This document shows positions 1-9,225 of a stretch of 36,094 bases of DNA, piece by piece. The position numbers were made by a program, and so were the translations under genes. Source of the stretch: a virus (taxonomy: Duplodnaviria > Heunggongvirae > Uroviricota > Caudoviricetes); IMG/VR virus record IMGVR_UViG_2869947659_000011. One strand, 5' to 3'. A model generated the notes under the pieces. That model saw nothing but the letters and a program-made list of their open reading frames with translations. It was not told the DNA's origin and made no database searches. Within the stretch, counting starts at the first letter, position 1, and every line of letters begins with the position of its first letter.

Positions 1-141
1 TTACTGCTTACACTGTAAGAACGCCGCAAACTCCGCTCCCCAGAAGCTCATCCGTATTTCGCACAGCGAACCGTGCAGCATCCAGATGATGAGGATTGCC
101 GTCACGCAGAACGTGATGGCCGTAAGCGATTTTTGCGACAT
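1..141 (-). CDS. Hok/Gef-family type I toxin (small membrane peptide)
   Basis: 46-aa minus-strand ORF (ATG top at 141, TAA at 1..3) translating to MSQKSLTAITFCVTAILIIWMLHGSLCEIRMSFWGAEFAAFLQCKQ: hydrophobic N-terminal helix followed by the SLCEIR and AAF(L/M)xC motifs I recall from Hok/SrnB/PndA peptides. Too short for the ORF track. Recognition is from memory. Confidence 0.6.
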   Translation of the reverse strand: MSQKSLTAITFCVTAILIIWMLHGSLCEIRMSFWGAEFAAFLQCKQ

Positions 142-492
142 AGCGCTTGCTCCTTTTTCGGGGAGGCGCTAACCTATCATTTGCTTAGGGTAGACGGTTA
201 GGGCCTCGGTTAAACAAAAATGTTTTCCGGGGCCTTTCCACATCTGGCCTTCAGGTATTCCCTCCGACCATCAGCCGAAAGGCACCCGCGCGTAATCTAT
301 CGCTTTTTTGTTACTCCGGCAATTCTGCTCGTTAATTCTGAGGTAAGGGCAAACTCATCTGATTGTTTCCTCTGTGTGAAGTTGGCAGTTCATGCCACGG
401 GTAGACTGGCCCCCTGAATCTCCAGACAACCAGTATCACTTAAATAAGTGATAGTCTTAATACTAGTTTTTAGACTAGTCATTGGAGTACAG

Positions 493-858
493 ATGATTGA
501 TGTCTTAGGGCCGGAGAAACGCAGACGGCGTACCACACAGGAAAAGATCGCAATTGTTCAGCAGAGCTTTGAACCGGGGATGACGGTCTCCCTCGTTGCC
601 CGGCAACATGGTGTAGCAGCCAGCCAGTTATTTCTCTGGCGTAAGCAATACCAGGAAGGAAGTCTTACTGCTGTGGCCGCCGGAGAACAGGTTGTTCCTG
701 CCTCTGAACTTGCTGCCGCCATGAAGCAGATTAAAGAACTCCAGCGCCTGCTCGGTAAGAAAACGATGGAAAATGAACTCCTCAAAGAAGCCGTTGAATA
801 TGGACGGGCAAAAAAGTGGATAGCGCACGCGCCCTTATTGCCCGGGGATGGGGAGTAA
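493..858 (+). CDS. insC: IS2 transposase OrfA (InsC)
   Basis: ORF-track protein [40 protein letters not shown]... matches IS2 InsC; start taken at the internal ATG (493) rather than the track start 448. Confidence 0.9.
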
Positions 859-1721
859 GCTTAGTCAGCCGTTGTCTCCGGGTGTCGCGTGCGCAGTTGC
901 ACGTCATTCTCAGACGAACCGATGACTGGATGGATGGCCGCCGCAGTCGTCACACTGATGATACGGATGTGCTTCTCCGTATACACCATGTTATCGGAGA
1001 GCTGCCCACGTATGGTTATCGTCGGGTATGGGCGCTGCTTCGCAGACAGGCAGAACTTGATGGTATGCCTGCGATCAATGCCAAACGTGTTTACCGGATC
1101 ATGCGCCAGAATGCGCTGTTGCTTGAGCGAAAACCTGCTGTACCGCCATCGAAACGGGCACATACAGGCAGAGTGGCCGTGAAAGAAAGCAATCAGCGAT
1201 GGTGCTCTGACGGGTTCGAGTTCTGCTGTGATAACGGAGAGAGACTGCGTGTCACGTTCGCGCTGGACTGCTGTGATCGTGAGGCACTGCACTGGGCGGT
1301 GACTACCGGCGGCTTCAACAGTGAAACAGTACAGGACGTCATGCTGGGAGCGGTGGAACGCCGCTTCGGCAACGATCTTCCGTCGTCTCCAGTGGAGTGG
1401 CTGACGGATAATGGTTCATGCTACCGGGCTAATGAAACACGCCAGTTCGCCCGGATGTTGGGACTTGAACCGAAGAACACGGCGGTGCGGAGTCCGGAGA
1501 GTAACGGAATAGCAGAGAGCTTCGTGAAAACGATAAAGCGTGACTACATCAGTATCATGCCCAAACCAGACGGGTTAACGGCAGCAAAGAACCTTGCAGA
1601 GGCGTTCGAGCATTATAACGAATGGCATCCGCATAGTGCGCTGGGTTATCGCTCGCCACGGGAATATCTGCGGCAGCGGGCTTGTAATGGGTTAAGTGAT
1701 AACAGATGTCTGGAAATATAG
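816..1721 (+). CDS. insD: IS2 transposase OrfB (InsD), expressed as InsCD by -1 frameshift
   Basis: 301-aa ORF with the IS2 InsD sequence (..HSDRGSQY-like DDE core, ends ..[11 protein letters not shown]); overlaps insC as in IS2. Confidence 0.9.
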
Positions 1722-1732
1722 GGGCAACTCCA

Positions 1733-1928
1733 ACGGGATGCCCTCTGATGAGTGAATGGGGGAGGCGTGCTTTGAAGTGAATTTGTGGAAGGCTTCCAGT
1801 GTTGAGAAACATACGCCGCATTCTAGATTGTTACACTGATAATACTTTTGTCTCACGGTGTTTGAATCATTTTCCGGACGACTGGTGCGGATACGGGCAG
1901 ATGCGCCACAAAGCGGACAACGGAACAT
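1733..1928 (-). pseudogene. ogr: Ogr/Delta-family zinc-finger late-gene activator, 3' end interrupted by IS2 (native C-terminal codons continue at 396..332)
   Basis: MFRCPLCGASARIRTSRPENDSNTVRQKYYQCNNLECGVCF.. has the CxxC..CxxxxC layout of P2 Ogr. The track ORF (1692..1928) runs 13 codons into the IS2 right end. Removing IS2 and one copy of the target duplication restores an in-frame continuation ..SSEGIPWHELPTSHRGNNQMSLPLPQN with TAA at 332..334. Confidence 0.8.
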
Positions 1929-2054
1929 AGCGACCTCTCTTATTGTAGTGCTTGCACTATTCTAGGTTGTATTCTCTAAGATTTAAACATGACTTTCTCG
2001 GTAATGCTGCCAACTTACTGATTTAGTGTATGATGGTGATTTTAAGGTGCTTGC

Positions 2055-2330
2055 GTGGCTTCCATTTCCATCAGATGTCCTTCCTGCTCCGCTACTGAAG
2101 GCGTGGTGCGTAACGGCAAAAGCACTGCCGGACATCAGCGCTATCTCTGCTCTCATTGCCGTAAAACATGGCAACTACAGTTCACTTACACCGCCTCTCA
2201 GCCCGGTACGCACCAGAAAATCATTGATATGGCCATGAATGGCGTCGGATGTCGCGCCAGTGCACGCATTATGGGCGTTGGCCTCAACACGGTTTTACGT
2301 CACTTAAAAAACTCAGGCCGCAGTCGGTAA
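2055..2330 (+). CDS. insA: IS1 InsA
   Basis: 91-aa [46 protein letters not shown].. matches IS1 InsA. Confidence 0.9.
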   Translation: MASISIRCPSCSATEGVVRNGKSTAGHQRYLCSHCRKTWQLQFTYTASQPGTHQKIIDMAMNGVGCRASARIMGVGLNTVLRHLKNSGRSR

Positions 2331-2752
2331 CCTCGCGCATACAACCGGGCAGTGATGTGATTGTCTGCGCTGAAATGGACGAACAGTGGGGCTACGTCGG
2401 TGCTAAATCACGTCAGCGCTGGCTGTTTTACGCGTATGACAGGATACGGAGGACGGTTGTGGCGCACGTCTTCGGTGAACGCACTCTGGCCACACTGGAG
2501 CGTCTTCTGAGCCTGCTGTCGGCCTTTGAGGTCGTGGTATGGATGACGGATGGCTGGCCGCTGTATGAATCACGCCTGAAGGGAAAGCTGCACGTTATCA
2601 GCAAGCGTTACACTCAGCGCATTGAGCGACATAATCTGAATCTGAGACAACATCTGGCAAGGCTGGGACGGAAGTCACTGTCGTTCTCAAAATCGGTGGA
2701 GCTGCATGACAAGGTCATCGGGCATTATCTGAACATAAAACACTATCAGTAA
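2249..2752 (+). CDS. insB: IS1 InsB (made as InsAB' by -1 frameshift)
   Basis: 167-aa ORF overlapping the insA 3' end, typical IS1 layout. Confidence 0.85.
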   Translation: MSRQCTHYGRWPQHGFTSLKKLRPQSVTSRIQPGSDVIVCAEMDEQWGYVGAKSRQRWLFYAYDRIRRTVVAHVFGERTLATLERLLSLLSAFEVVVWMTDGWPLYESRLKGKLHVISKRYTQRIERHNLNLRQHLARLGRKSLSFSKSVELHDKVIGHYLNIKHYQ

Positions 2753-2810
2753 GTTGGAGTCATTACCGACTTTCTCTATATAATGATTTTTAGCATTAGT
2801 TAATAAACGA

Positions 2811-2832
2811 ACGGCACTCTAAGGAGCGCCGT
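2811..2832 (-). terminator. Putative stem-loop terminator downstream of the 1039-aa cargo gene
   Basis: Imperfect inverted repeat ACGGCACTCT-AA-GGAGCGCCGT 9 nt past the stop codon at 2841..2843, followed on the minus strand by a U-rich stretch. Confidence 0.35.
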
Positions 2833-2840
2833 CAAAGATA

Positions 2841-5800
2841 TTATTCTGATGTCACTCTTTGCGAGTGAGCTATTTTTAAATCAGCGTTTCCTTCAAATAC
2901 TATATTCAACTCATAGTTAAGAGTTAGCTTGAATTTATCTGAGTCACTTTTGATATTCTCTGAAGTGACATTTACTAACTTATTATTATCATATTCTCTA
3001 ATAATTAATTTAGTGAAGTAGTTATCCTTTACCACAAGAGAAAATGGTTGATTAACAAATGGTAAGAAGTAAACCTTACGGGTACCGGATTCAGTAGTTA
3101 TGTTCATAGAGCCATCATCATTTTTTCTCATTAGTTCTCTGAGGTTGGGATTATCGAAAAGCATACGATTATATTGCTGAAAGATCTCTTTACTCATCAC
3201 AAGAACCAGTTTGCCAGCCAAGTCAGCAGATGATTTTATGTGATCAATAAACATATTGAAATCTTCTATTACGGTATGTTGCGAACAGCCAGTGCTAAAT
3301 AAATTTGAAAGTATTATTCTCTGGATGTCCTTGAGAATTAAGTCTGCTTGAATATCACCTTCATTGATATAAGGGATGGATTCTATTCCTTCGGCATACG
3401 GTTCTTTATCTATCTTAATAGATATCTTATGTTTTGTGAAACAATCGCTAGCCTGCTTAAAATCAATAGATTTGAAAAGTGAAAGAGGGAGCGTTTTCTT
3501 GATGCGTTTACGAAGATGTTCTGATGTTTTACGTGCAGTGCTATCTAGTCGATGTACATCTATGGCAGCATCCTGAAGTCTCATATCAAGATCTTTCTTT
3601 AGCATGTTAATATGCTCTTGAAGCAACTTTCTTAAGTTTTCTTTTTTTGTTTGGAGATCGTCCAATGTTAAAGTCAGCTTGATTTTAGTGTATTCGATGG
3701 AGTTACAAATTTTTGATAATACTCCAATGAGTCGTTGCTTCTCACGATATGTTATATAGTTGTTTTCTATTGCTTCTTTTATTTCTTTTGATACGCTATC
3801 GTTCTTGTTAGAAAAAATTAATAATAGCTGAACCCATGATTGTTCCATATCAATAAATCCACAGTCAAAAACATTACTGTAAACTCTGCCCATCACCATG
3901 TCTGTTTTATCATAGTCACGTAAACGCCTTGCTAAACTATTCATCCACCCATTGTGCTCCATATTTTCAGACCATGTCCACAGGCAGATTCTAATTAATA
4001 TCTTGATTAGTTGGCTTGCATTATCAATTTCTTCAGTGGGAGTTTCATATCCACCGGTTTGGTCAATAAGTTTACCCTCTAAAATAAGTTTAATGTAATG
4101 TGTCATTAGTTTGTCAGAAGTATTGATTCTTGATGTCAGATAAAGACATGTGCATATACGCATGTCAGTCAACGCATTTATGATGGCAATATTGAACCAC
4201 TCTCTGTCTGAATTGAAGTTTAGTTTTTTGGATATGAAAAAAACCGGGTTAAAAAGCTGGCCTTTGTAACTGTATTTTTCTACCGAATGGCTGTCAATAT
4301 TCATTGAGTGCTGCCATCGGTTAATAAGATCGACGGCTGTATCAATAGTAGAAGGATCGCGAGTCTGTGTTGCATCAATAATCATCGATGGAAGTTCTTG
4401 TAGTTGCGTTTTGCAAAATAATTCAAATAAATCTGAATTCTCTGTATTGCAGAAACGAAAGTTTATGCTTTCTTGATATTGCTCCCAAACAGTGGTATAG
4501 GTTCTTAATATACGATTATAACGTGAACGAAGCGAGGCATTTAAGAGTGATTGGTTGTTTCGGAACCATTCTGTTAATATTGACCATTGTGAACGAGTAA
4601 TTCCCATATAGATACAAAGTTCATTGCTGATAAGATGTTTTCTATTATTGATAATACGCACTCCGCTCCAAAGACATAATTCAAAAAATCTTTCAGAAAG
4701 ATTAATTTTATCCATGGAATTATTTGATATTTTATAAACTTCATCTGAAAACTCATATTGAAAACTCCGTTCAAATAATTCTGTAGTGATCAGTAAGAAG
4801 TTATTGTTGGTATTATCATCTTGAAAAAAATACAAATCGCAGAGATTATTAAAGTTATTAATTAATGCAGAGATAGCATTGTCAAAACTAATGAGATCAG
4901 AATCCCGCAGATACATATACGTATCTGCTGTTATAGCCTGCATTGTAAGACTTACGGAAAAATCTCCTCCTTTAATCGGAGCCTTATAAAAACATTGCTT
5001 AAGTATTTTTATTAATAAGCTGTCTGGTTTGATATTTTTAACGCTAAAAAGTATCTTACCCGTGGATTCTGTTTCTTTTGTACGATTATCACCAATGACA
5101 AATGACGCAAAATGATTCTTCTTTTTTAGTTGGTAATTAATAAGATTAAGAGTAAGTTGAAAAGGACGGTGATATAAACTTAACTCATCTTCCTTAGAAT
5201 AACTGCTAGCCACAGATATGTATTCTCCTTTGTAATCGGCTTGCTTGATTTCTAAATTTGAATAGTTATGTTTTTGATAGATAGGGTATAACCTAAGCTT
5301 GGCTGAGATTTTGTTACAAATATGGGGCATTACTATTTCGAAGGCAATGTATCGCTTTATAATTATTTGCCGTTTTACATCATCAAGAATTTCAAGACTC
5401 ACGATAAAGAACCAAATAGAAAGAACTATGTTTATCAAAAGCCATAATATGCTGATTAGACAAGCTATACCATAAAGATAACTTCCAAAGACAGTTTTAA
5501 TTAGTACACTGAGAAGTATAAATCCTGATAAGAAAAGCCCGCTGAGTCCAGCAAGCATGAATCCTGAGTAACGCTGATAAGCAGTTTGGGCTATTTTTCT
5601 ATCTGCCTTTTTTTGGAATAAGACACTTACTAAACCTATAACAAGAGGGTATACAATACCAATAATTGTCAATTGGCCACTTAAAATGGTTGTTTGCCAT
5701 TCGGTTAATGAATGCCTAAACGGGAAATAATGTAAAAGATTATTTTTTATAAATAATTCGTTTAAATATCCAACATAAAGTAGTACAAATGAAAAAGCTG

Positions 5801-5960
5801 ATATGCAAAGTACTGATTTAACCGGTGAGGATGTTAATCTTATGATGTTTTTTTCAATAAAATTCCATTTTAAATTCGAATAAAATGGATTTTTAACCAT
5901 TTTATTACGAACATAGTTCTTTGCTAAAATCTCTGTTGCACTTAAAAATTGTCCAATCAT
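2841..5960 (-). CDS. Large hypothetical membrane-anchored protein (1039 aa), AT-rich cargo gene; candidate accessory/defence function, family unknown
   Basis: Uninterrupted 3120-nt ORF on the minus strand. Two sampled 60-nt lines give 28-33% GC against about 60% in a sampled tape-measure line. Four hydrophobic helix-length segments in the first 190 aa (e.g. SVLCISAFSFVLLYVGYL, LTIIGIVYPLVIGLVSVLF, FMLAGLSGLFLSGFILLSVLI, LYGIACLISILWLLINIVLSIWFFIVSL), then about 850 aa of soluble sequence with a coiled-coil-like stretch (..LTLDDLQTKKENLRKLLQEHINMLKKDLDMRLQDAAIDVHRLD..). No Walker A or other motif recognised by eye. Confidence 0.8.
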   Translation of the reverse strand: MIGQFLSATEILAKNYVRNKMVKNPFYSNLKWNFIEKNIIRLTSSPVKSVLCISAFSFVLLYVGYLNELFIKNNLLHYFPFRHSLTEWQTTILSGQLTIIGIVYPLVIGLVSVLFQKKADRKIAQTAYQRYSGFMLAGLSGLFLSGFILLSVLIKTVFGSYLYGIACLISILWLLINIVLSIWFFIVSLEILDDVKRQIIIKRYIAFEIVMPHICNKISAKLRLYPIYQKHNYSNLEIKQADYKGEYISVASSYSKEDELSLYHRPFQLTLNLINYQLKKKNHFASFVIGDNRTKETESTGKILFSVKNIKPDSLLIKILKQCFYKAPIKGGDFSVSLTMQAITADTYMYLRDSDLISFDNAISALINNFNNLCDLYFFQDDNTNNNFLLITTELFERSFQYEFSDEVYKISNNSMDKINLSERFFELCLWSGVRIINNRKHLISNELCIYMGITRSQWSILTEWFRNNQSLLNASLRSRYNRILRTYTTVWEQYQESINFRFCNTENSDLFELFCKTQLQELPSMIIDATQTRDPSTIDTAVDLINRWQHSMNIDSHSVEKYSYKGQLFNPVFFISKKLNFNSDREWFNIAIINALTDMRICTCLYLTSRINTSDKLMTHYIKLILEGKLIDQTGGYETPTEEIDNASQLIKILIRICLWTWSENMEHNGWMNSLARRLRDYDKTDMVMGRVYSNVFDCGFIDMEQSWVQLLLIFSNKNDSVSKEIKEAIENNYITYREKQRLIGVLSKICNSIEYTKIKLTLTLDDLQTKKENLRKLLQEHINMLKKDLDMRLQDAAIDVHRLDSTARKTSEHLRKRIKKTLPLSLFKSIDFKQASDCFTKHKISIKIDKEPYAEGIESIPYINEGDIQADLILKDIQRIILSNLFSTGCSQHTVIEDFNMFIDHIKSSADLAGKLVLVMSKEIFQQYNRMLFDNPNLRELMRKNDDGSMNITTESGTRKVYFLPFVNQPFSLVVKDNYFTKLIIREYDNNKLVNVTSENIKSDSDKFKLTLNYELNIVFEGNADLKIAHSQRVTSE

Positions 5961-6208
5961 GAATTACTCTTCTATAAAGTGTGGGTCTACTAACTAAACT
6001 GGAACTTTTACTATTGAGTCATATTCCCTTGGACGGGATGGACTGTGAAGATTATACTTGACTTCCTCTGTCATGTGGGAAAAACATCCGTATTATTGTT
6101 AGCATCTGGTTGATGCCCCAACCTCTGACATCTAGTGGGCTGATACATTATCTTTTGTTCTTACTGTCAGTGTAGAAGCACATCTCAAAAATAATATTTT
6201 TAAGAGAT

Positions 6209-7318
6209 TTATTCTGTTTCTGCTATCCATTCCGGGATTTTTGCTTCAAGTTCAAGCTGCGTGGTAAAGCCGCTGTTATCAATGGTGTGCTCGGCTTTTG
6301 CAATAGTCCAGTCCTGATAATCAATCTCGCTTTTAAAGCCTGTCACTGTGCCATGCATTTCGGGATAGAGTTCTGTACGACCACGCGCCAGCGTGATGGA
6401 GAATGATGCGGCTCCGCGTTGTAGCTGCTGCCACTTTGCCGCCGCTGCGCGTCTTGCTGCCTGCTCGTTCTGATAAGTCTTGCGTAACACAAACACGTTG
6501 CCTTCCGCACCTTCCATATAGTCGCCTTCCCGACTGCTGCTTTTCTCCTTTTTGGGTTTTGGCGGTTTGCGGCGTTTCACGCTGACTTTTTTCTTTTTCC
6601 CGTAATTAAGATCAAGCCAGTAGGCGCGTACCCCCGTATACGCCTCGCGGTCAGCAATGCGGAACTGATGGCGATCGCCGCTGCTGCGTGTAATGGCGAA
6701 CGAGGGCAACGGCTGCCCCTGTGCGTTCACGCCACCACCTGGCATGATGAATAACAGATTGCCGCTTTTTACCGTGGCGATTGCTCCCAGCATTTCCGCC
6801 ATGCGCGTAAGAAAGGACATGTCGCTTTCTTCGGTCTGGTCGGCGTGGTCGATTTCGATATCCATCAGCATTTCGCTGATTTGCGGTTTCAGACCGTACC
6901 GATGAGTGATGGCGGATACCACACGCTCAACGGTCACATCATGCCAGGACACCTCACGTTTAACGTTAAATTCATCCCGAAAATCTGCGCTTCTGGCTGA
7001 AACAGTCAGCCTGTCCGGCGGTCCTTCGTGAGCGATTTCATCAACAATGTAAGTGCCTTTTTCTGTCAGCGGTTCCCCTTTCCAGCCAATGAGAACCGTC
7101 AGACGCGCGCCCCGTGGCGGTAGCTGCAACTGACCATCCGCATCATCCAGCGTGATGGTGAGCTGGTCCGCCTCAAATCCCCGGTTGTCGGTCAGTTACA
7201 GGCTCATCAGGCGCTCCGCCACGCCTGACAGCGTTTTACCCTCCGAAAGAATATCAAAATCCGGCATTTTCACGGGGGCCGTGCCCTGACTGAGCAATTG
7301 CATGGTGGTGTCGGTCAT
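6209..7318 (-). pseudogene. D: P2 gpD-like tail protein with an in-frame TAA stop at 7196..7198
   Basis: Track ORFs 7196..7450 and 6209..7129 are in the same frame, separated only by one TAA. The downstream part (..GEPLTEKGTYIVDEIAHEGPP.. DMSFLTRMAEMLGAIATVKSGNLLF..) resembles P2 gpD. The probable start ATG at 7318 has a GGGAGGGAG Shine-Dalgarno just upstream. Confidence 0.7.
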
Positions 7319-7475
7319 CTGCTCCCTCCCTGTGCGGCATGGTCGCATGTGCGTGCGGAGGGGGTTACTGCTTTTTGTTGTCGCCGTGGCGGGAGAACGG
7401 CGCAGGGGTGAGATTACGCGCGTGGTGGGTGATGATTGTTGCTGAATCATTTAACGGATACAAGGGGCTGAAGCT

Positions 7476-8660
7476 ATGAGTGAAACTCGTTTTCATGGTG
7501 CCCGTGTTACGGAGAATACCGACCTGGTAACAGCGATTAACGATGTTGATTCCAGCGTTATCGGTATCGTGGCAACGGCGGATGATGCGGACGCGAAGCT
7601 GTTCCCGCTGAACAAGCCCACACTGCTGACCCGCGTCAATGACGTGCTGGGAAAATGCGGGACAACGGGGACGCTTTATCGTGCGCTTAAGGCCATCGCA
7701 GACCAGGTGAGCACAAAGGTGATCGTCGTTCGCGTGGCTGAACACAAAGAAGAAGACGGAAAGACGCAGGATCAACTGGTTATCGGTGGTTCTGAGGATG
7801 ACGGCAGCTATACGGGGATGTATGCGCTGCTTGTTGCAGAGCAGGATGAAAGCATCGGATACCGTCCGCGTATTCTGGCCGCGCCGGAGCTGGACACGGA
7901 GGCGGTAACAAAATCCCTGTGCGTGATTGCAGATAAACTGCGCGCGTTTGTGTATGCCTCATGTCATGGCTGTAACACGATGGCCGAGGCAATTACCTAC
8001 CGCCAGAAATTCAACGAACGTGAGGTGATGCTCTTATGGCCGGACTTCATCGCCTACAACCCGAAAAATGGCAAAAACGAAACGTTCCCCGCGCCTGCCT
8101 ATGCGTGCGGCCTTCGTGCGTACATTGACCATGAACAGGGATGGCACAAATCGCTGTCCAACGTTCCGGTTAAAAATGTGCTGGGGATGTCGAGGCATGT
8201 GTTCTGGTCGTTGCAGGCCGAAGACAGCGATGCCAACAGCCTCAACAACAAAGAAATCACGACCATTATTCGTCGCAACGGGTTCCGCTTCTGGGGTAAC
8301 CGCACACCGGAAACGAACGCCTACATCTTTGAGGTGTATACCCGAACCGCACAGGTGCTGGCTGATTCAATTGCGGAAGCGCAGTTTGAAACCATCGACA
8401 GTCCACTGACGCCTGCGAATGTGAAGGATGTTATCAGTGCCATCAGGGCAAAACTGGATTCACTGGTGACTGCCGGGAAACTGATTGGCGCGGAGTGCTG
8501 GTATGACGTGGTGGATAACAGCACCACGGATTTACGTCAGGGACGTGTGCGTATTCGCTACAAATATACGCCCGTTCCGCTACTGGAAGACATGGAGCTT
8601 TACCAGACGTTTACTGATGAATACTTTGAACCCGCATTTGCGGTGCTGGGAGGTGCCTGA
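7476..8660 (+). CDS. FI: Tail sheath protein (P2 gpFI-like)
   Basis: 394-aa ORF; the N-terminal region (..IGIVATADDADAKLFPLNKPTLLTRVND..) resembles P2 FI as remembered; size and position before the tail tube gene fit. Confidence 0.88.
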   Translation: MSETRFHGARVTENTDLVTAINDVDSSVIGIVATADDADAKLFPLNKPTLLTRVNDVLGKCGTTGTLYRALKAIADQVSTKVIVVRVAEHKEEDGKTQDQLVIGGSEDDGSYTGMYALLVAEQDESIGYRPRILAAPELDTEAVTKSLCVIADKLRAFVYASCHGCNTMAEAITYRQKFNEREVMLLWPDFIAYNPKNGKNETFPAPAYACGLRAYIDHEQGWHKSLSNVPVKNVLGMSRHVFWSLQAEDSDANSLNNKEITTIIRRNGFRFWGNRTPETNAYIFEVYTRTAQVLADSIAEAQFETIDSPLTPANVKDVISAIRAKLDSLVTAGKLIGAECWYDVVDNSTTDLRQGRVRIRYKYTPVPLLEDMELYQTFTDEYFEPAFAVLGGA

Positions 8661-9170
8661 TGGCTGTGCCAAAACATCTTCGCTTTTTTACGCTGTTTGT
8701 GGATGGTGAAAACGAAGTGGGTAATGTGACGTCCGTCACTCTGCCTAAGCTGACGCGCAAAACCGACAGCTACCGGGGTGGTGGCATGATGGGTGCGGTA
8801 AGTATTGATCTCGGTCTGGACGACTCCGCGCTTGATGCGAGCTTTGTCATGGGGGCGCAGTTCGTGAGCTGTTCCTTAAGTATGGCGGCACGATTGACGG
8901 CACGCTGCTGCGTTTTGCGGGTGAATACTACACCGATGCAGAAAGCGACCTGTATGAAGTCGAAATGCGCGGACGTGTGACGGAAATTGATATGGGGGAA
9001 GCCAAACAGGGCGAAGCCACATCACACACTTACGCCATTAAAACACCTACTACAAGCTGAGTGTTAACGATCGCCCGTTGTGGGAGATTGACCTGCTGAA
9101 CTTCATTTACCGGAAGGACGGCAAGGACATTGTGCCCGATCGCATCCGTTCCGCGCTTGGGCTTGGCTGA
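8660..9170 (+). pseudogene. FII: Tail tube protein (P2 gpFII-like), two frameshifts as sequenced
   Basis: P2 FII-like sequence is split over three frames: frame 1 to about 8855 (..LPKLTRKTDSYRGGGMMGAVSIDLGLDD..), frame 2 (..RFAGEYYTDAESDLYEVEMRGRVTEIDMGEAKQGE..), frame 3 (..TYYKLSVNDRPLWEIDLLNFIYRKDGKDIVPDRIRSALGLG*). The shifts sit at a G5 run (8851..8855) and an A4 run (9040..9043). Confidence 0.8.
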
Positions 9171-9225
9171 TAAGTAATATGCTGGCGGCGCAGTGCGTCG
9201 CCTCTGACTGAAAAGGAGACAACAG

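Larger units (their letters stand above)
402..1732 (+). mobile_element. IS2 insertion sequence, complete (1331 bp), flanked by 5-bp target duplication ACGGG (397..401 and 1733..1737)
   Basis: Left end TAGACTGGCCCCCTGAATCTCCAGACAACC and right end GGAAATATAGGGGCAACTCCA match IS2 termini as remembered; encodes InsC and InsD; identical 5-mers directly abut both ends. Confidence 0.93.
2000..2767 (+). mobile_element. IS1 insertion sequence, complete (768 bp), flanked by 9-bp target duplication GACTTTCTC (1991..1999 and 2768..2776)
   Basis: Ends GGTAATGCTGCCAACTTACTGATTTAGTGTATGATGGTG ... GTTGGAGTCATTACC; insA/insB inside; perfect 9-bp direct repeats abut both ends. Confidence 0.93.

Noticed and set aside
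211-225. Possible att core: 10-bp match AAAAATGTTT shared with 35168..35182 beyond int
   Set aside because: Only 10 perfect bases (14 of 19 extended); too short to distinguish from chance, and the right-hand region is disturbed by the IS3-family insertion.
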